Shown: positions 39,565 through 53,301 of the stretch, one piece after another
Layout of the letters: every line of letters starts with the position of its first letter
Numbering within the stretch: position 1 is the first letter of the stretch
Assembly: GCA_951406725.2 (NCBI GenBank)
Contig: OX597822.1
Coordinates: 67,952,001-68,016,000, forward strand
Reading direction: 5' to 3'
DNA from: Octopus vulgaris
Taxonomy: Eukaryota
Length of the DNA: 64,000 nucleotides
Made by a program: the position numbers and the translations under genes
The notes under the pieces: generated by a model
The model's database searches: none
What the model was told of the DNA's origin: nothing
What the model saw: the letters and a program-made list of their open reading frames with translations, nothing else

Positions 39565-40036
39565 TGTCGTGACTCCCTTCGGTCATGAATGACCATGGGA
39601 TTGCACCTAGAAAGTTACCCTCCGAGGCACAGGTCTGGGCAAGGTTGTTTATGGAAGACCAACAGTCGCCCTACGCATACCAGCCTCCCCTCAACACGCC
39701 ACCGATGTTATCCAAGCGAATGGCAAATGCCGATACAGCTTAGCACCAGTGACGTAGCAGCTCATTTATTAACGTGCAAGTGGATGAGCACTCCACATAC
39801 ATGTGTACCCTTAACGTAGTTCTCGGGGAGATTCAGCGTGACACAGAATATGACAAGAAACAGGAAGAAAGAGTGAAAGAAAGTTATGGTGGATGAGTAC
39901 AGTAGGGTTCACCACCACCCCCTGCCGGAGCCTCGTGGAGCTTTAGGGGTTTTAGCTCAATAAACATTCACAATGCCCGGTCTGGGAATCGAAACCGCGA
40001 TCCTACGACCTAACCACTGGGCCATTGCGCCTCCAC
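39565..40036 (-). mobile_element. Chimeric SINE: family C head/body (39770-40036) joined to an RTE-like tail (39565-39769)
   Basis: Family C match stops at TGCACGTTAAT and continues with GTCACTGGTGCTAAGCTGTATCGG..GGTCATTCATGACCGAAGG; RTE affinity is from memory. Confidence 0.65.
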
Positions 40037-40659
40037 TGTCACGAGAGTATACTGTTGTATATTATCACGTAGGTCATAGAATGAAAGATATGAGATGCAG
40101 ATTTGGATTCTGGTTGTGTATGAAGATGCACAACTCTCATGAACAATTTATAGGACTTTATTCACCGCACGAAATATTTTCCATGTTGTTGTTGAATTTA
40201 AAATACATGGTTTACAGACTGGAAGGGCAATTCTGTAGTTCTTACGAAATAGTTTGTTTAAGTAGGCTTTGTGGATACGCTATCACGACAGGAGGAGGCA
40301 TCACGTTGAATTCATGACTGTTATACTAACTGTTGTCTACACGGTTGTATAAGGAGTCGTTAGAACGACTGTTCAATGCAGTAAAGTGAGAATGTGGTTT
40401 GCATGGCTGCGATTTCCCACCATCTGTGGCAAGAGATGTGACTGGTGAAATGAATCGGCCGGTCTCAGCGCAAATGTGCCTGGCACGAGCGGCGGCGAAT
40501 TTCGTCCAGTCGCCATTGACCCTCTGCAATGAGTTAGCGCTAAAACTTGTCTATTCATAAGCTTCTTTAGGCGACGTTCTAGAAGGTTCAAGAAGATAGC
40601 ATTACGTGATATCTCGATGCTGAATGATCAGTTAATCAGCCGATCACATGAAATTGCTG

Positions 40660-40895
40660 TTACACCCAAGAAAACGGAAGAAAGGTGTATTTGTCTTGTT
40701 TCATCAGGACAATACTCCAGCACACATATCCTTAGTTTCAATGGCTGATGTGCTTGAGTGTGGCCTTGAACTGGTTGATCGCCTTCCCTATTCTCCAAAT
40801 TCGACCCAATCTGACTATCATCTGTTCCCCAACATGAAAAAAAAAAAACCCTTGGCTGGGTACTAGTATCGCAGTGATGATGTGACGTTATATCT
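40660..40895 (+). pseudogene. Mariner-type transposase C-terminal fragment
   Basis: LFHQDNTPAH...LPYSPNSTQSDYHLFPNMKK, matching HxDNAPxH and YSPDLAPSDYHLF motifs. Confidence 0.85.
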
Positions 40896-40897
40896 GC

Positions 40898-41500
40898 TTT
40901 ACTCTTTTACTTGTTTCAGTTATTTGACTGCGGCCATGCTACAGCACCGCCTTTAGTCGAAGATTTATTCTTTGTAAGCCTAGTACTTATTCTATCGGTC
41001 TCTTTTGCCGAACCGTTAAGTTACAGGGACGTAAACACACCAGCATCGTTTATCAAGCGATGTTGGGGTGACAAACACAGACACACAAACACGCGCACAT
41101 ATACATATATACGACGGGCTTCTTTCAGTTTCCGTCTACCAAATCCACTCACAATGCTTTGGTCAACCCGCGGCTATAGTAGAAGACACTTGTCCAAGGT
41201 GTCACGCAGTGGGACTGAACCCGGAACCATGTGGTTGGTAAGCAAGCTACTTACCACACCGCCACTCCTATTATCAAGCGATGTTGGGGTGACAAACACA
41301 GACACACAAACACGCACACATATACATATATACGACGGACTTCTTTCAGTTTCCGTCTACCAAATCCACTCACAATGCTTTGGTCGGCCCGCGGCTATAG
41401 CAGAAGACACTTGTCCAAGGTGTCACGCAGTGGGACTGAACCCGGAACCATGTGGCTGGTAAGCAAGCTACTTACCATACAGCCACTTACCATACGCCTA
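40898..41500 (-). mobile_element. SINE B with a 221-bp internal tandem duplication
   Basis: Units start at 41050 and 41271. Confidence 0.9.
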
Positions 41501-42434
41501 TTATAAACTTTTAATAAATAAAAATTGAGCCAGTTAGCTTCGGCTACACGAATACCAGCGAGTCACATCACACGTAAAATGTCAAATACATGTTGAATGT
41601 ATTTCACTTCAAAAAAAAAAAAAAAAAACTTGTGTGACTCGTCTGAGAAACGCACGAATGTCTAACAGTCTCATTACTAATGCCCCTTACGATCAATTTA
41701 TTTGTTTTATGGAGATATGCGAGAAAGGAATAAATTTCCGAAGCCAAATTGCACACGGCAAATATATATTCCTAGTAGAGCTGTCGATTTTAGACACACG
41801 TGATAGCTTTCCAGTCAGGATAAAGTCTTAAAATATATATTAGAAAATAACATATCATGGTATTTGTATTGCTTTCATTGTTATCTTAGAATATTTTTCT
41901 ACCGTATATCTCATGGTTTAACTTAACTCTATTTCACTATTATTCGAGGGAAAAAAAACATCCCAAAAACTCTAGTAGACGTTTATTCTCCAATCCAAAG
42001 CATTATATTATGATATATAACATTACTTTTTTCTCCCTTTTATCTCTTTTAGATTAAATGAATCCCAAAGCTCTCAATACTTAGAATACAATGGAAGGAA
42101 AGAACAATACAATCTGAGTTTGTTGTTTTTTCTCTCTCTTTCTAAAAATCGATTTCTCAAAGTCTCTCATAAAAATAGGATATGTTAGATTCCTTCGTGA
42201 ATCAACATGTTGTAAGTTGAGCAGGAATGGCAAATAAATATTCCTGATATTGGCAAGAAAATTTTTACCGATTAATTTTCTTACTTCTCATGGTTTAAAA
42301 CAAAAACGCTATTAAAGTCTAGCGTTATGTTAGTAACATGCTACATTTGACAAGATATGCTTATTTTATATTTTTTGAGATATTTTATAAATATCTTTAA
42401 AGACGGATTTGTTTTTTTCTTTTAAGATTTCGAC

Positions 42435-42936
42435 ATAAAGCTCTCGTCTTCAAAACATCATAAACTCTACGAAATAATCGTCAATTCCAAGATGAAGCGA
42501 AAATGGTGATTTTTAGAATCTGAATCTGTGAATAAAAAGCTACTACTACTACTACTACTACTATCTCAAGTGTTGTTGCTGCTACTGCTGTTGTTACTGC
42601 TGTTGCTGCTGCTGCTACTACTGCACGTGACATAGATATACAAAGCTGATTGAAAATGTACAGGCAGCCGTCACTCACGCTTACGAATGCTACTGAGTAT
42701 AAAGCTCTCGTCTTCAAAATATCATAAACTCTACGAAATAATCGTCAATTCTAAGATGAAGCGAAAAGGTTCCAGTCTGAATCTGTGAATAAAAAGCTAC
42801 TACTACTACTACTACTACTATCTCAAGTGTTGTTGCTGCTACTGCTGCTGTTACTGCTGTTGCTGATGCACGTGACATAGATATACAAAGCTGATTGAAA
42901 ATGTACAGGCAGCCGTCACTCACGCTTACGAATGCT
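42435..42936. repeat. Tandem duplication of a ~260-bp unique unit
   Basis: ATAAAGCTCTCGTCTTCAAAA...CACGCTTACGAATGCT at 42435-42691 and 42699-42936. Confidence 0.9.
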
Positions 42937-43319
42937 GTTAATAACCCAATCACGTAAAACTACGATTTTTTTTTTAACATGTCCCATGCTCTCACAACTT
43001 GTTTTAGATGTTCAGTTGTCGCGGACGGTCATAAACACTAATACCCCCTCTCCATCCACCTCACCTTTGACACAGCGGAACTGCCAGGATGTAACAGCGA
43101 CGCCGTACCCTGGAACTGAATCTACGGCCATGATTACGAGCTACATACTATGACCACTAAGATAAGCCTCCTCCACACGTCATGACCACTAAGCTAAACC
43201 CTTCCGCACAAAGTACAAATGAAAGTGAATTTGAAGCGGAACTCGGTGCGAATTGAAATCATGTTTACAGTTCAATGATAAAACGGGGATAATTTTCCAT
43301 AACGAATTTTACGCTACCG

Positions 43320-43735
43320 AATTCTTTATTGCCCGCAAGGGGCTAAACATAGAGGGGACAAACAAGGACAGACAAACGGACTAAGTCGATTATATTGACC
43401 CCGGTGCGTAGCTGGTACTTATTTAATCAACCCCGAAAGGATGAAAGGCAAAGTCAACCTCGGCGGAATTTGAACTCAGAACGTAGCGGCAGACGAAATA
43501 CCTATTTCTTTACTGCCCACAAGGGGCTACACACAGAGGGGACAAACAAGGACATACAAACGGATTAAGTCGATTATATCGACTCCAGTACGTAAATGGT
43601 ACTTATTTAATCGACCCCGAAAGGATGAAAGGCAAAGTCGACCTCGGCGGAATTTGAACTCAGAACGTAACGGCAGACGAAATACGGCTACGCATTTCGC
43701 CCGGCGTGCTAACGTTTCTCCCAGCTCGCTGCCTT
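43320..43735 (-). mobile_element. SINE A tandem dimer with a single head
   Basis: Junction GAAATACC|TATTTC at 43495-43508. Confidence 0.9.
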
Positions 43736-44032
43736 TCAGGCAGACAGATAGATAGATATTACGTTATATTTATATTATTCTACATTATATTTTGTCAATA
43801 TTTAACTGACTTCGTTTCAAACTAAAGATGGGTTATTCACGACAACCATACGGCCCAGCCTAGGGTGAACTATTCCAAACCACTCCAGTGACGTGTTAAC
43901 ACAGATTAAGCTGTCAACTTTTGACTTAATAATCATATCTATCTACTCTACCCAAAAGATTTAGTTCCATATCAGATAATGTTTGCACTGCACAACGTAA
44001 AATATATTTTTGATATACTTTCCGAAGCTTGT

Positions 44033-44490
44033 AAGGCGATGAAGAGGCAGAATCGTTGTTAGCACGCCACCCATAATGCTTAGCGATATTTCGTCCGTTT
44101 TTACATTCCGGGTTTAGATTCCACCGAGGCTGACTTCGTCTTTCATCCCCTTTCGGAACCGATAAAATAAGCAAGCACCAGTTGAATACTGGGGTTGATG
44201 GAATCGTCTTTTCACCTACCCCGAAATTGCTGGCCATGCACCAGAAATCGAAACCAATATGTTTTACGACGATTGTAAAGCAGAATCATAAGCATGGAAG
44301 ACAAAAAATGTTTAGCGGCATTTCATCCGTCTTTACGTTCTGAGTTCAAATTCCGCCAAAGTCGACTTTGTTTTCCATCTCCTTACGGGGCCGATTAAAT
44401 AAGAACCAGTTGAGCGCTGAGGTCGATGTAATCGACTCACACCTCTCTCCTGAAGTTGTTGGTCGTATCACGAAATTTGAAGCCGGTACA
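44033..44490 (+). mobile_element. Two diverged SINE A copies
   Basis: Family match. Confidence 0.7.
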
Positions 44491-44500
44491 TTTTATAACG

Positions 44501-45125
44501 TGGAGGAGCGTGGTTTAGTGGTTAGGGTGTTGGACACATTATCGTAAGATTGTGGTTTCAATTCCTGGTCCGGGTGATGCGTTGCGATCTTGAGCAAAAC
44601 ACTTCATTTCATGTTGCTCCAGCTGACAAAAATGAGTAATAGGAGTGGCTGTGTGGTAAGTAGCTTGCTTACCAACCACATGGTTCCGGGTTCAGTCCCA
44701 CTGCGTGGCACCTTGGGTATCTATCTTCTACTATAGCCTCGGGTCAACCAAAGCCTTGTGAGTGGATTTGGTAGACGGAAACTGAAAGAAGCCCGTCGTA
44801 GATATGTATATATTTTTGTGTGTGTGTTTTTCCCCCTAACATCGCTTGACAACCGATGCTGGTGTGTTTACGTCCTCGTAACTTAGCAGTTCGGCAAAAG
44901 AGACCGATAGAATAAGTACTAGGCTTACAAAGAATAAGTCCTGGGGGCGATTTGCTTGACTAAAGGCAGTGCTCCAGCATGGCCACTGTCAAATGACTGA
45001 AACAAGTAAAAGAGTAAATGAGTAATCCTGGGACGAATCGGCGTCCTATCCAGGTGGGGAATTTCTACGCCACTGAAATCGGGAAACCGGCCCTTATGAG
45101 CCTGGCATGGCCGAAGAAGGGAACA
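44501..45125 (+). mobile_element. SINE family E (family-D-like head + V-domain-like body) interrupted by SINE B (44641-45015)
   Basis: TSD AAATGAGTAAT at 44630-44640 and 45016-45026; CCTGGGACGAATCGGCGTCCTATCCAGG resembles the V-SINE domain. Confidence 0.7.
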
Positions 45126-45209
45126 TCTCTTCTTTTTTTACACTTTACAACGCTTCCTTTACGAAAAACACATGCACTCACGCAGGCTCACATAGAGATG
45201 AGTGTGTGT

Positions 45210-45254
<45 letters not shown>

Positions 45255-45279
45255 TGTGTGTGTGTCTGTGTGCGTGTGC

Positions 45280-45318
<39 letters not shown>

Positions 45319-45908
45319 TGTGTGTGTGTTGATACATATATACATAATTCTATATGTCAGCAAGTGTATGCACATAGCACATTAACCGGACTCATAAATT
45401 AGGAACTAAATTTGATCGCGTCAGTCTTGTGTTTCAAGAATGAAAAACGGTTACTTAGCAACCTGAAGAAACTTGTAAAAATGGTTAAAGAACATTTTAG
45501 AGACTCTAAAATCCGCCATCATAATCATTCAAAGATCTGCATGTTCTAACACTACAGAATCATAAAACACGGCAGATAATGTCCATATCCAACGAACGTT
45601 ATGAGAGAACAAGAAACAAAATATATATATACAGTAGTTAGTATGTCTTTCAAGTTTACGTGTAGAGAAACGTAATAATATTTATAATATCTAACAGGAA
45701 GAAATATTCACATATACGCGGGCGTGTGTGTAACATGAGTTGTAAAAATATACGCGTGTATAACTAATGCTTTATGTTTTAAGACAATATCATTATAAAG
45801 TTATTTTTTTCTTGTAGATTATATCTAATGTTTAGTTAAGTGTCTAAAGACGTATGTAAGAAGTACGATGTAGTAAAGGGTTGTGGGAATGTGATGGAAT
45901 GTGTGTGT

Positions 45909-45950
<42 letters not shown>

Positions 45951-46970
45951 AATGAGGTATCTTGGATTATAGTACTAAAAAGGACAGGTATAATTATAGG
46001 CACTAGAAGATAGATTTACAGCGCGGAGATAATTGCTAACATTGCACATATAGACACGTACACACGTACTCACACACAAACATTCACACGTTCGTATATA
46101 GAATATATGTGCGTGTGAAGACACACACACATACACACACTCACACACACATATATATATGCATAGAAATATATGTATGTGTGCATGTATGTTCGTGAGT
46201 ATATATGGATGTATATATATATATATATATATATATTTATGTTTGTATATGGGTGTGCGTGTGTATATATATATGTGCGTGTGTGTGCACATATATATGA
46301 ATACAAATACACACACACATATGTATATACATACATATATATAAATGGGTGAGCTTCTGTTTACGCACATGTATGTACATATGTGTGTGTGTGTATAAGT
46401 ATATGTATATATGTCGTGGGTGTGCGTGTGTGTATGTGTGTGTGTGTGCGTGTAATGAAACCTGAAATAATTCGTGTTTTGAAGAGAACAGAAAAATTCA
46501 AGTTACTAATAAATACATAAATAACAATATAACCAAGAAAAGAAAATAAAAGACTGAAACGATAATTTAAGAAAAAAAAAATGATAAATTTGTGAAATAA
46601 TAAGACTCGGAACAAGAATTGGAAAGAAAATGGAAATAAGGGCGTGAATAATAGAAAAAAAAAAATACACAGGAAGTGATATGAAAGAAGGGAGAGATAT
46701 GAAGAGATCGAGAGAGAAGGCGTTTAAGTTGAAAACTGACATTGCTGTTACAAGAGAAACGTTAGTGCTTGGCTCATCTTTGTGATAAGATCATAAGTTA
46801 AACAGTAACTTCATATGAAAGATTAACACGAACAAGGAAGATACTTCAACGACAATAAATTAAAACATATACTTGTGTGTGAGTATGTATGAGTGTGTGT
46901 GTGTGTGCTTGAGTGTGTGTGTGTGTGTGTGTGTGTGTGTTTATCTATTCATATATATATATATGTATAT

Positions 46971-47017
<47 letters not shown>

Positions 47018-47185
47018 TTTGTATACGTATAATTTATTGCTTTTGACAAATGTTTCTTGTTTGTGCTAATTTATATACATACATGTATGTATGTATGTAT
47101 GTATGTATGTATGTGTGTATGTATGTATGTATGTATGTGTATGTATGTATGTATGTATGTATGTGTGTACATGTGTTCCTGTATT

Positions 47186-47251
<66 letters not shown>

Positions 47252-47326
47252 AATTCATACATGCATATACATGTATGTGTGCATGCATACATATGGATAC
47301 ATATATATATACATATACTTATGTGC

Positions 47327-47357
<31 letters not shown>

Positions 47358-47408
47358 CAATATATATATATATACATATATATATACATAAATATATGTA
47401 TATATATA

Positions 47409-47452
<44 letters not shown>

Positions 47453-48518
47453 AAAATATATACATATGTATTTATATATTTATGTTTATGTATGCATATG
47501 TGTATGTATACACACACACACACATACAGACATCTCTGCATACACAGACCTATGCACATCCGGTGTTAATTTCCACGACCCTTTCACACGAATGACACTG
47601 ATATATATTTAAGCGAACTATAATTCAAGACCTTTACGATGTTGACTGATGTTATAATTAATTTGAAGATTTATTAAAATAAAATAACAATAATATAAAA
47701 AAGAACATGATAAAGAACAATGACAGAAAAACACAATGATATATACACGTATCTACAGCTTAACATTTGGATATCAAATGACTAGAATGAATATAAATCA
47801 TACATTACTATAAAGTAACCAACACGCTTTGTTTTTTAGTGGTTGAGTATTCCAAGATAAGATCTCACTCTCTCTCTCTCTCTCCCGCTATTTATCTATC
47901 TATCTTTCTGTCTCTCTATTTCTTCCTCTTCTCATCGCTTCCTGAATATATCTCTCTCCACATACACACAGACATATGAGAACAATTCAATGTATGTCAG
48001 ACTTCAGTTGCCTGTATTTTTATTTTACTGATTGCGGACGTTTCACTTGAAGAAGCCATATTGAAGAAGCGCTTTCGAGGGTTCTTTTACCCATTATATC
48101 GACTTAATTGTTGTGTGTTATATCACACAGGTGCTTATTTACTCGTTCACTATTTGTCGAAACGCTAGAGATTCAGATACAAAGGAAAGTAAAGCATTAA
48201 TAATTCTTTCTTTTCAAACTTAAACGTTAAAAAATGCACACATACAGACAAGCGTGTAAATAAACATGTCTCTGGCCGTGTATTATACATATATGTGTGT
48301 GAGTGTGTGTGTGTGTGTGCCCGCGCGCGTGTATGTTGGTGTGTTTCCGTCCCCGAATCTTAGCGGTTCGGCAAAAGAGACCGATAAAATAAGTATTTGG
48401 ATTAGGATGACATCGATTTGCTCGACTAAAGGCGATGCTCAAATGACTGAAACTAATAAAAGAATATATATGCAAATACATACGCATATTTATGTCTATA
48501 TATATATATGTATATATA

Positions 48519-48689
48519 GGCGCAGGAGTGGCTGTGTGGTAAGTAGCTTGCTAACCAACCACATGGTTCCGGGTTCAATCCCACTGCGTGGCATCTTGGA
48601 CAAGTGTCTTCTGCTATAGCCCCGGGCCGACCAATGCCTTGTGAGTGGATTTGGTAGACGGAAACTGAAAGAAGCGTGTCGTATATATG

Positions 48690-48756
<67 letters not shown>

Positions 48757-48973
48757 TTGTGTGTCTGTGTTTGTCCCCTAGCATTGCTTGACAACCGATG
48801 CTGGTGTGTTTACGTCCCCGTCACTTAGCGGTTCGGCAAAAGATACCGATAGAATAAGTACTGGGCTTACAAAGAATAAGTCCCGGGGTCGATTTGCTCG
48901 ACTAAAAGGCGGTGCTCCAGCATGGCCGCAGTAAAATGACTGAAACAAGTAATAGAGTAAAAAGAGTAAGAGT
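48519..48973 (+). mobile_element. SINE B, full length (a partial tail copy lies at 48330-48462)
   Basis: Family match. Confidence 0.9.
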
Positions 48974-49119
48974 ATATAAATATATAAATGTGTGTGTGTG
49001 TGTGTGTATGTATATATATATATATATATATATATTTACATTATTTACATCATTTATAATTTGGGGGATTTTGTCCCCTTGACCACTACGTCATCCATAT
49101 GCCCACGGCCATATGGCGT

Positions 49120-50460
49120 AGGAAAATGACTTGCTGACTGTCACCTAACATGGTTTCCGACCAGGAAGAAGCTGTCTGACTCAACTCTTACAACATTATG
49201 ACTGGGTGTTGAAACAGCTGCTCAACCACACAAATGTAGATGTGATATATCTTGACTTTGCAAAGGCCTTAGATAAAATCGATCATGGAATGATATGTCA
49301 GAAACTGCGTGTTCTTGGCATAGTCTGGAAACTGGGAGAATGACTGCATGGCTTTCTGAAGGATAGAAGTCACGTGGTAGCAGCCAATGGGGCCACCTCC
49401 AATGGCACGTAAATAGAGAGCAAGGTACTGTTTTAGGACCACTACTATTAATAATGGCCCTCTCAGATATTTCCTCAGTTGCACAGTGAGCCACGATCAC
49501 AAGTTATGCAAATGATACAAAAGTCTCACAGATGATACAGAACCCTGAAGGCGCTAAGTGGGCTGAGAAGAATAGAATGCAGTTTAATGGTGAAAAGTTT
49601 CAAGCCTTGTACTATCAACATGCAAAACTAAAGGCAATACCAATTAAATACACTGGATCTGGAGGGATTGAAACCCCCAGAGACACAGTCATTGCGAGAC
49701 CTGGCATTTATGTGAGTAATGGTGCATCCGTTCATGTGCATGTTGCTAAGTTGGCAATGAAATGCAGGTGGCTGACCGGATGGATTCTTAGAACTTTTAG
49801 AACGTGAGATCAAGAAACCATGATGGTCCTCTAGAGGACACTTGTCCTCAGCCGCTTTGGCTGTTGCTCCCAGGTCTGGTCACCAACCATTGTAAAATTA
49901 ATTGCAGAACTTGAGGCAATCCAACGAAGGTACACGAAGAAGATAACCTTTATGCAGCATATAAGCTACTAGCAAAAACTCAAGAGATTGAGGCTCTACT
50001 CCCTAGAGTATAGGCGGGAATTATATGGCATAATGTACATCTGGAAGATCCTAGAGGGACTTGCTCCAAACACTGGCATCGAGAGTTACGAATGCTAGAA
50101 CAAGGCACCACTGCTTCGTGCCAAAGACTCCAACTTTGCCATCAAGATTTAGGACAATATATTGCAACAGCCTTCACTTTAAAGGCCCACAGATCTTCAA
50201 TATCCTCCGGAAGGACCTAAGAGACCTACATAGGGTGGATGTAAATGTCTTCAAAACGAAACTAGACCTCTTACTATCAAGTGTCCCAGATAAACCAACT
50301 TCACAGAAGGAAGTGCATATGAGGGGAACGGTATCAAACTCCGTCATGCACCAAACGGCAATTTCTAAAAAGAATTAGAGAAGTAAAATAGCAACACCAA
50401 ATGGCGGTGCCCCAGCATGGCCATAGCTCATCACCTGAAACTAGATCAAATCAAATAAAA
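49120..50460 (+). mobile_element. 5'-truncated, decayed CR1-type LINE
   Basis: HGFRPGRSCLTQLL, VDVIYLDFAKALDKIDH, QGTVLGPLL, YANDTK, NSLHFKGPQIFNIL; same family as 8760-9730. Confidence 0.92.
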
Positions 50461-50760
50461 TTAATTCATAGACACAGACGCATCAGATGTTGGCGAATAC
50501 CAAAGTCCTATGTGACAGGCCCTGATAATTGCAGAGAACTTTCCGCATGAAACCAATGGTGACCTTGTCAATCCACAAATAAAGAATATATATCCAACAA
50601 TAATGCGGTGTTGAACACTAAACCTCATTGTTCGATATTAACCACACACACACACTCACACACACACACACGCACGCATACACCCCCCAACACACGCACA
50701 CATCACACATACATTATTATATATTTATATATATATAAATACATATATACACACACATCT

Positions 50761-50822
<62 letters not shown>

Positions 50823-51355
50823 CATACACACACGCACATACGCACACATGCGCACGCGCGTAAATATTAATCTGAATCTTTTCAACGAAAGAAACAGCTT
50901 TCCATCATTCATGACATGACGGTTTTGTCTTCTCGATGCGTAATACCCAATATACCAACGTGTTATATCTGATTCATCATGGAAACATTCAACTAGGAGT
51001 TATCTGCTCTAATCACATCATTTTCTCCTAATTTCATACATAAACTTTAATCAAGTTTATTAATATTTTCCCACGTGCCGGGTATCTTTACCTCAATTTC
51101 ATTTTTTAAATCCTTCTCTATCAGGGTATCGAATGATGACATTTGAATAGGTTTCATCTCTTCAAATTATTCATTGAAATTCACGCCAGTATATATCTCT
51201 CTATATATATGTCCCTATCTATCAATCTAAGTACCCATCTAACTGTGTATCGATCTGTGCATTTATGACACAAAGTCTCCCCCGCCCCGCTCACGTACAC
51301 ACGTACAGTTTATTCAATTATACACTTTTCACAATATATATACATGCGTGTGTAT

Positions 51356-51409
<54 letters not shown>

Positions 51410-51512
51410 GTATATATATGTATGTATACATATATATATGTATGTATACATATATATTTATACATATACATTTATAGGTATACGTATACACGCACACACA
51501 TATATATGCATA

Positions 51513-51570
<58 letters not shown>

Positions 51571-51572
51571 TT

Positions 51573-51603
<31 letters not shown>

Positions 51604-51655
51604 ATATATGTATGTATACACGCACACCCATATATATGCATATGCATATATATAT

Positions 51656-51713
<58 letters not shown>

Positions 51714-52158
51714 GTATTTATATATTTATATATATATACATATATATATATATGTAAGTATGCGGTTTCATTCAAAGAAATCATCGTCAATAACACTTGA
51801 ATGTCACCCCTTTTGAAATGGTAGAATGCGATTGAAGGGGATTAATATTATTTCTAGGTGGTAATGTCACCGATCTCGGCTTTGTTTACAAATGTTCTTC
51901 ACATTCCATTACAATATACTAAGGTTTTCCGTTTCATTCTCGCTTCTTATATATGACCTTTCACTTGGAGGATTCGCCTTCCCGATCTATTTATCAATCT
52001 GTGTTCTTGTCATATTTGTCTGTCTTCATGTCCGCGGTTATCTCACTACCTATCTATTTTCCAATCAATGTGGTAACGTAACAAAATAGACGCAATTTCT
52101 TTTCTCTTCCATTCTTACACACATATAAACACACGCATGCATACATACAGACATGCAT

Positions 52159-52222
<64 letters not shown>

Positions 52223-52358
52223 GCACACACTCAGACATAGACAGATACATTTGGACATACATATAAATATCTATGTATTTTATATGTTTTATAAATATAT
52301 GTATATACACGCACACACTCAAACATAGATATATACATTTATATATAAAAATATCTAC

Positions 52359-52390
<32 letters not shown>

Positions 52391-52441
52391 CTCAGAGGTA
52401 TATACATATAAACACATATATCACAATATATATACATTTAT

Positions 52442-52473
<32 letters not shown>

Positions 52474-52479
52474 CCACAC

Positions 52480-52515
<36 letters not shown>

Positions 52516-53070
52516 CTTTTATAAGAGGTGTGACAGTGACTGTCAACGTTTCCGATCTCAGCTTTCATCGGTCTCTGCTCCACGTGAGTCCCTGTTAGCT
52601 CTATATAGTTTTTTTCATAAGTTGTGTTATTTTTGTTTTGGGTGGGGAGGTGTTCTTGGCGGATGTAGTCGAAGTTACGTTTGAATGGCAATTAGGCTTT
52701 AGTGTTCGTATTGTCAGGGCAGTAGATGTATAGCGAGGACAATAGTGAAGAGCAAAAGGAAAGTATACTTTTACATATAAATACATACATAAACTTATGC
52801 ATGTACATATTCAGTCTCATATATGTATACTTGTGTATGCACATACAATCACTCAGGCACCCACTCCTCTTTGAGGAATCACATAGACATACAAGACCTA
52901 AAAAGTACCCAAATATAGCGCAGTTCGATGACGATTAGCAGACCAAAACTTCGAATTCACTATCACACCTCTTCTCGTAAAATTATAATCATTATTTGCG
53001 CTAATCAATAGCAATGTATAATTCTTCATTTTACTGTTAAATTGTTTTTATTGTAGATCAACATAAAATA

Positions 53071-53301
53071 TAATAATCCCTCTCCATATCGCGGTTCACT
53101 TATCGCGTTTCACATATCGCAGTTTATTATTTAAGCTTACGTCGATTCCTCCGTGGTGTTGTCTTGTATTTATATATAAATAAATATATACAAATTATAA
53201 AAATAAAAATATACGGTACAGTACTGCTTCTACTTCGCGGATTTTCACCTATCGCGGATGGGTTTTGGTAGGTAACGCCCGCGATTATCGAGGGACTACT
53301 G
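53071..53301. mobile_element. Tigger-like MITE (~230 bp)
   Basis: TA|TAATAATCCCTC ... CGAGGGACTACTG|TA; internal repeats of CCTATCGCGG-like motifs. Confidence 0.75.

Noticed and set aside
40911-41506. 183-aa ORF with an internal repeat
   Set aside because: Antisense translation of SINE B containing a tandem duplication; the same peptide appears at other SINE B copies
52525-52575. Minus-strand CCGATGA..GAAACGTT hammerhead-like motif
   Set aside because: Core is mutated and no convincing stem II or stem I can be formed
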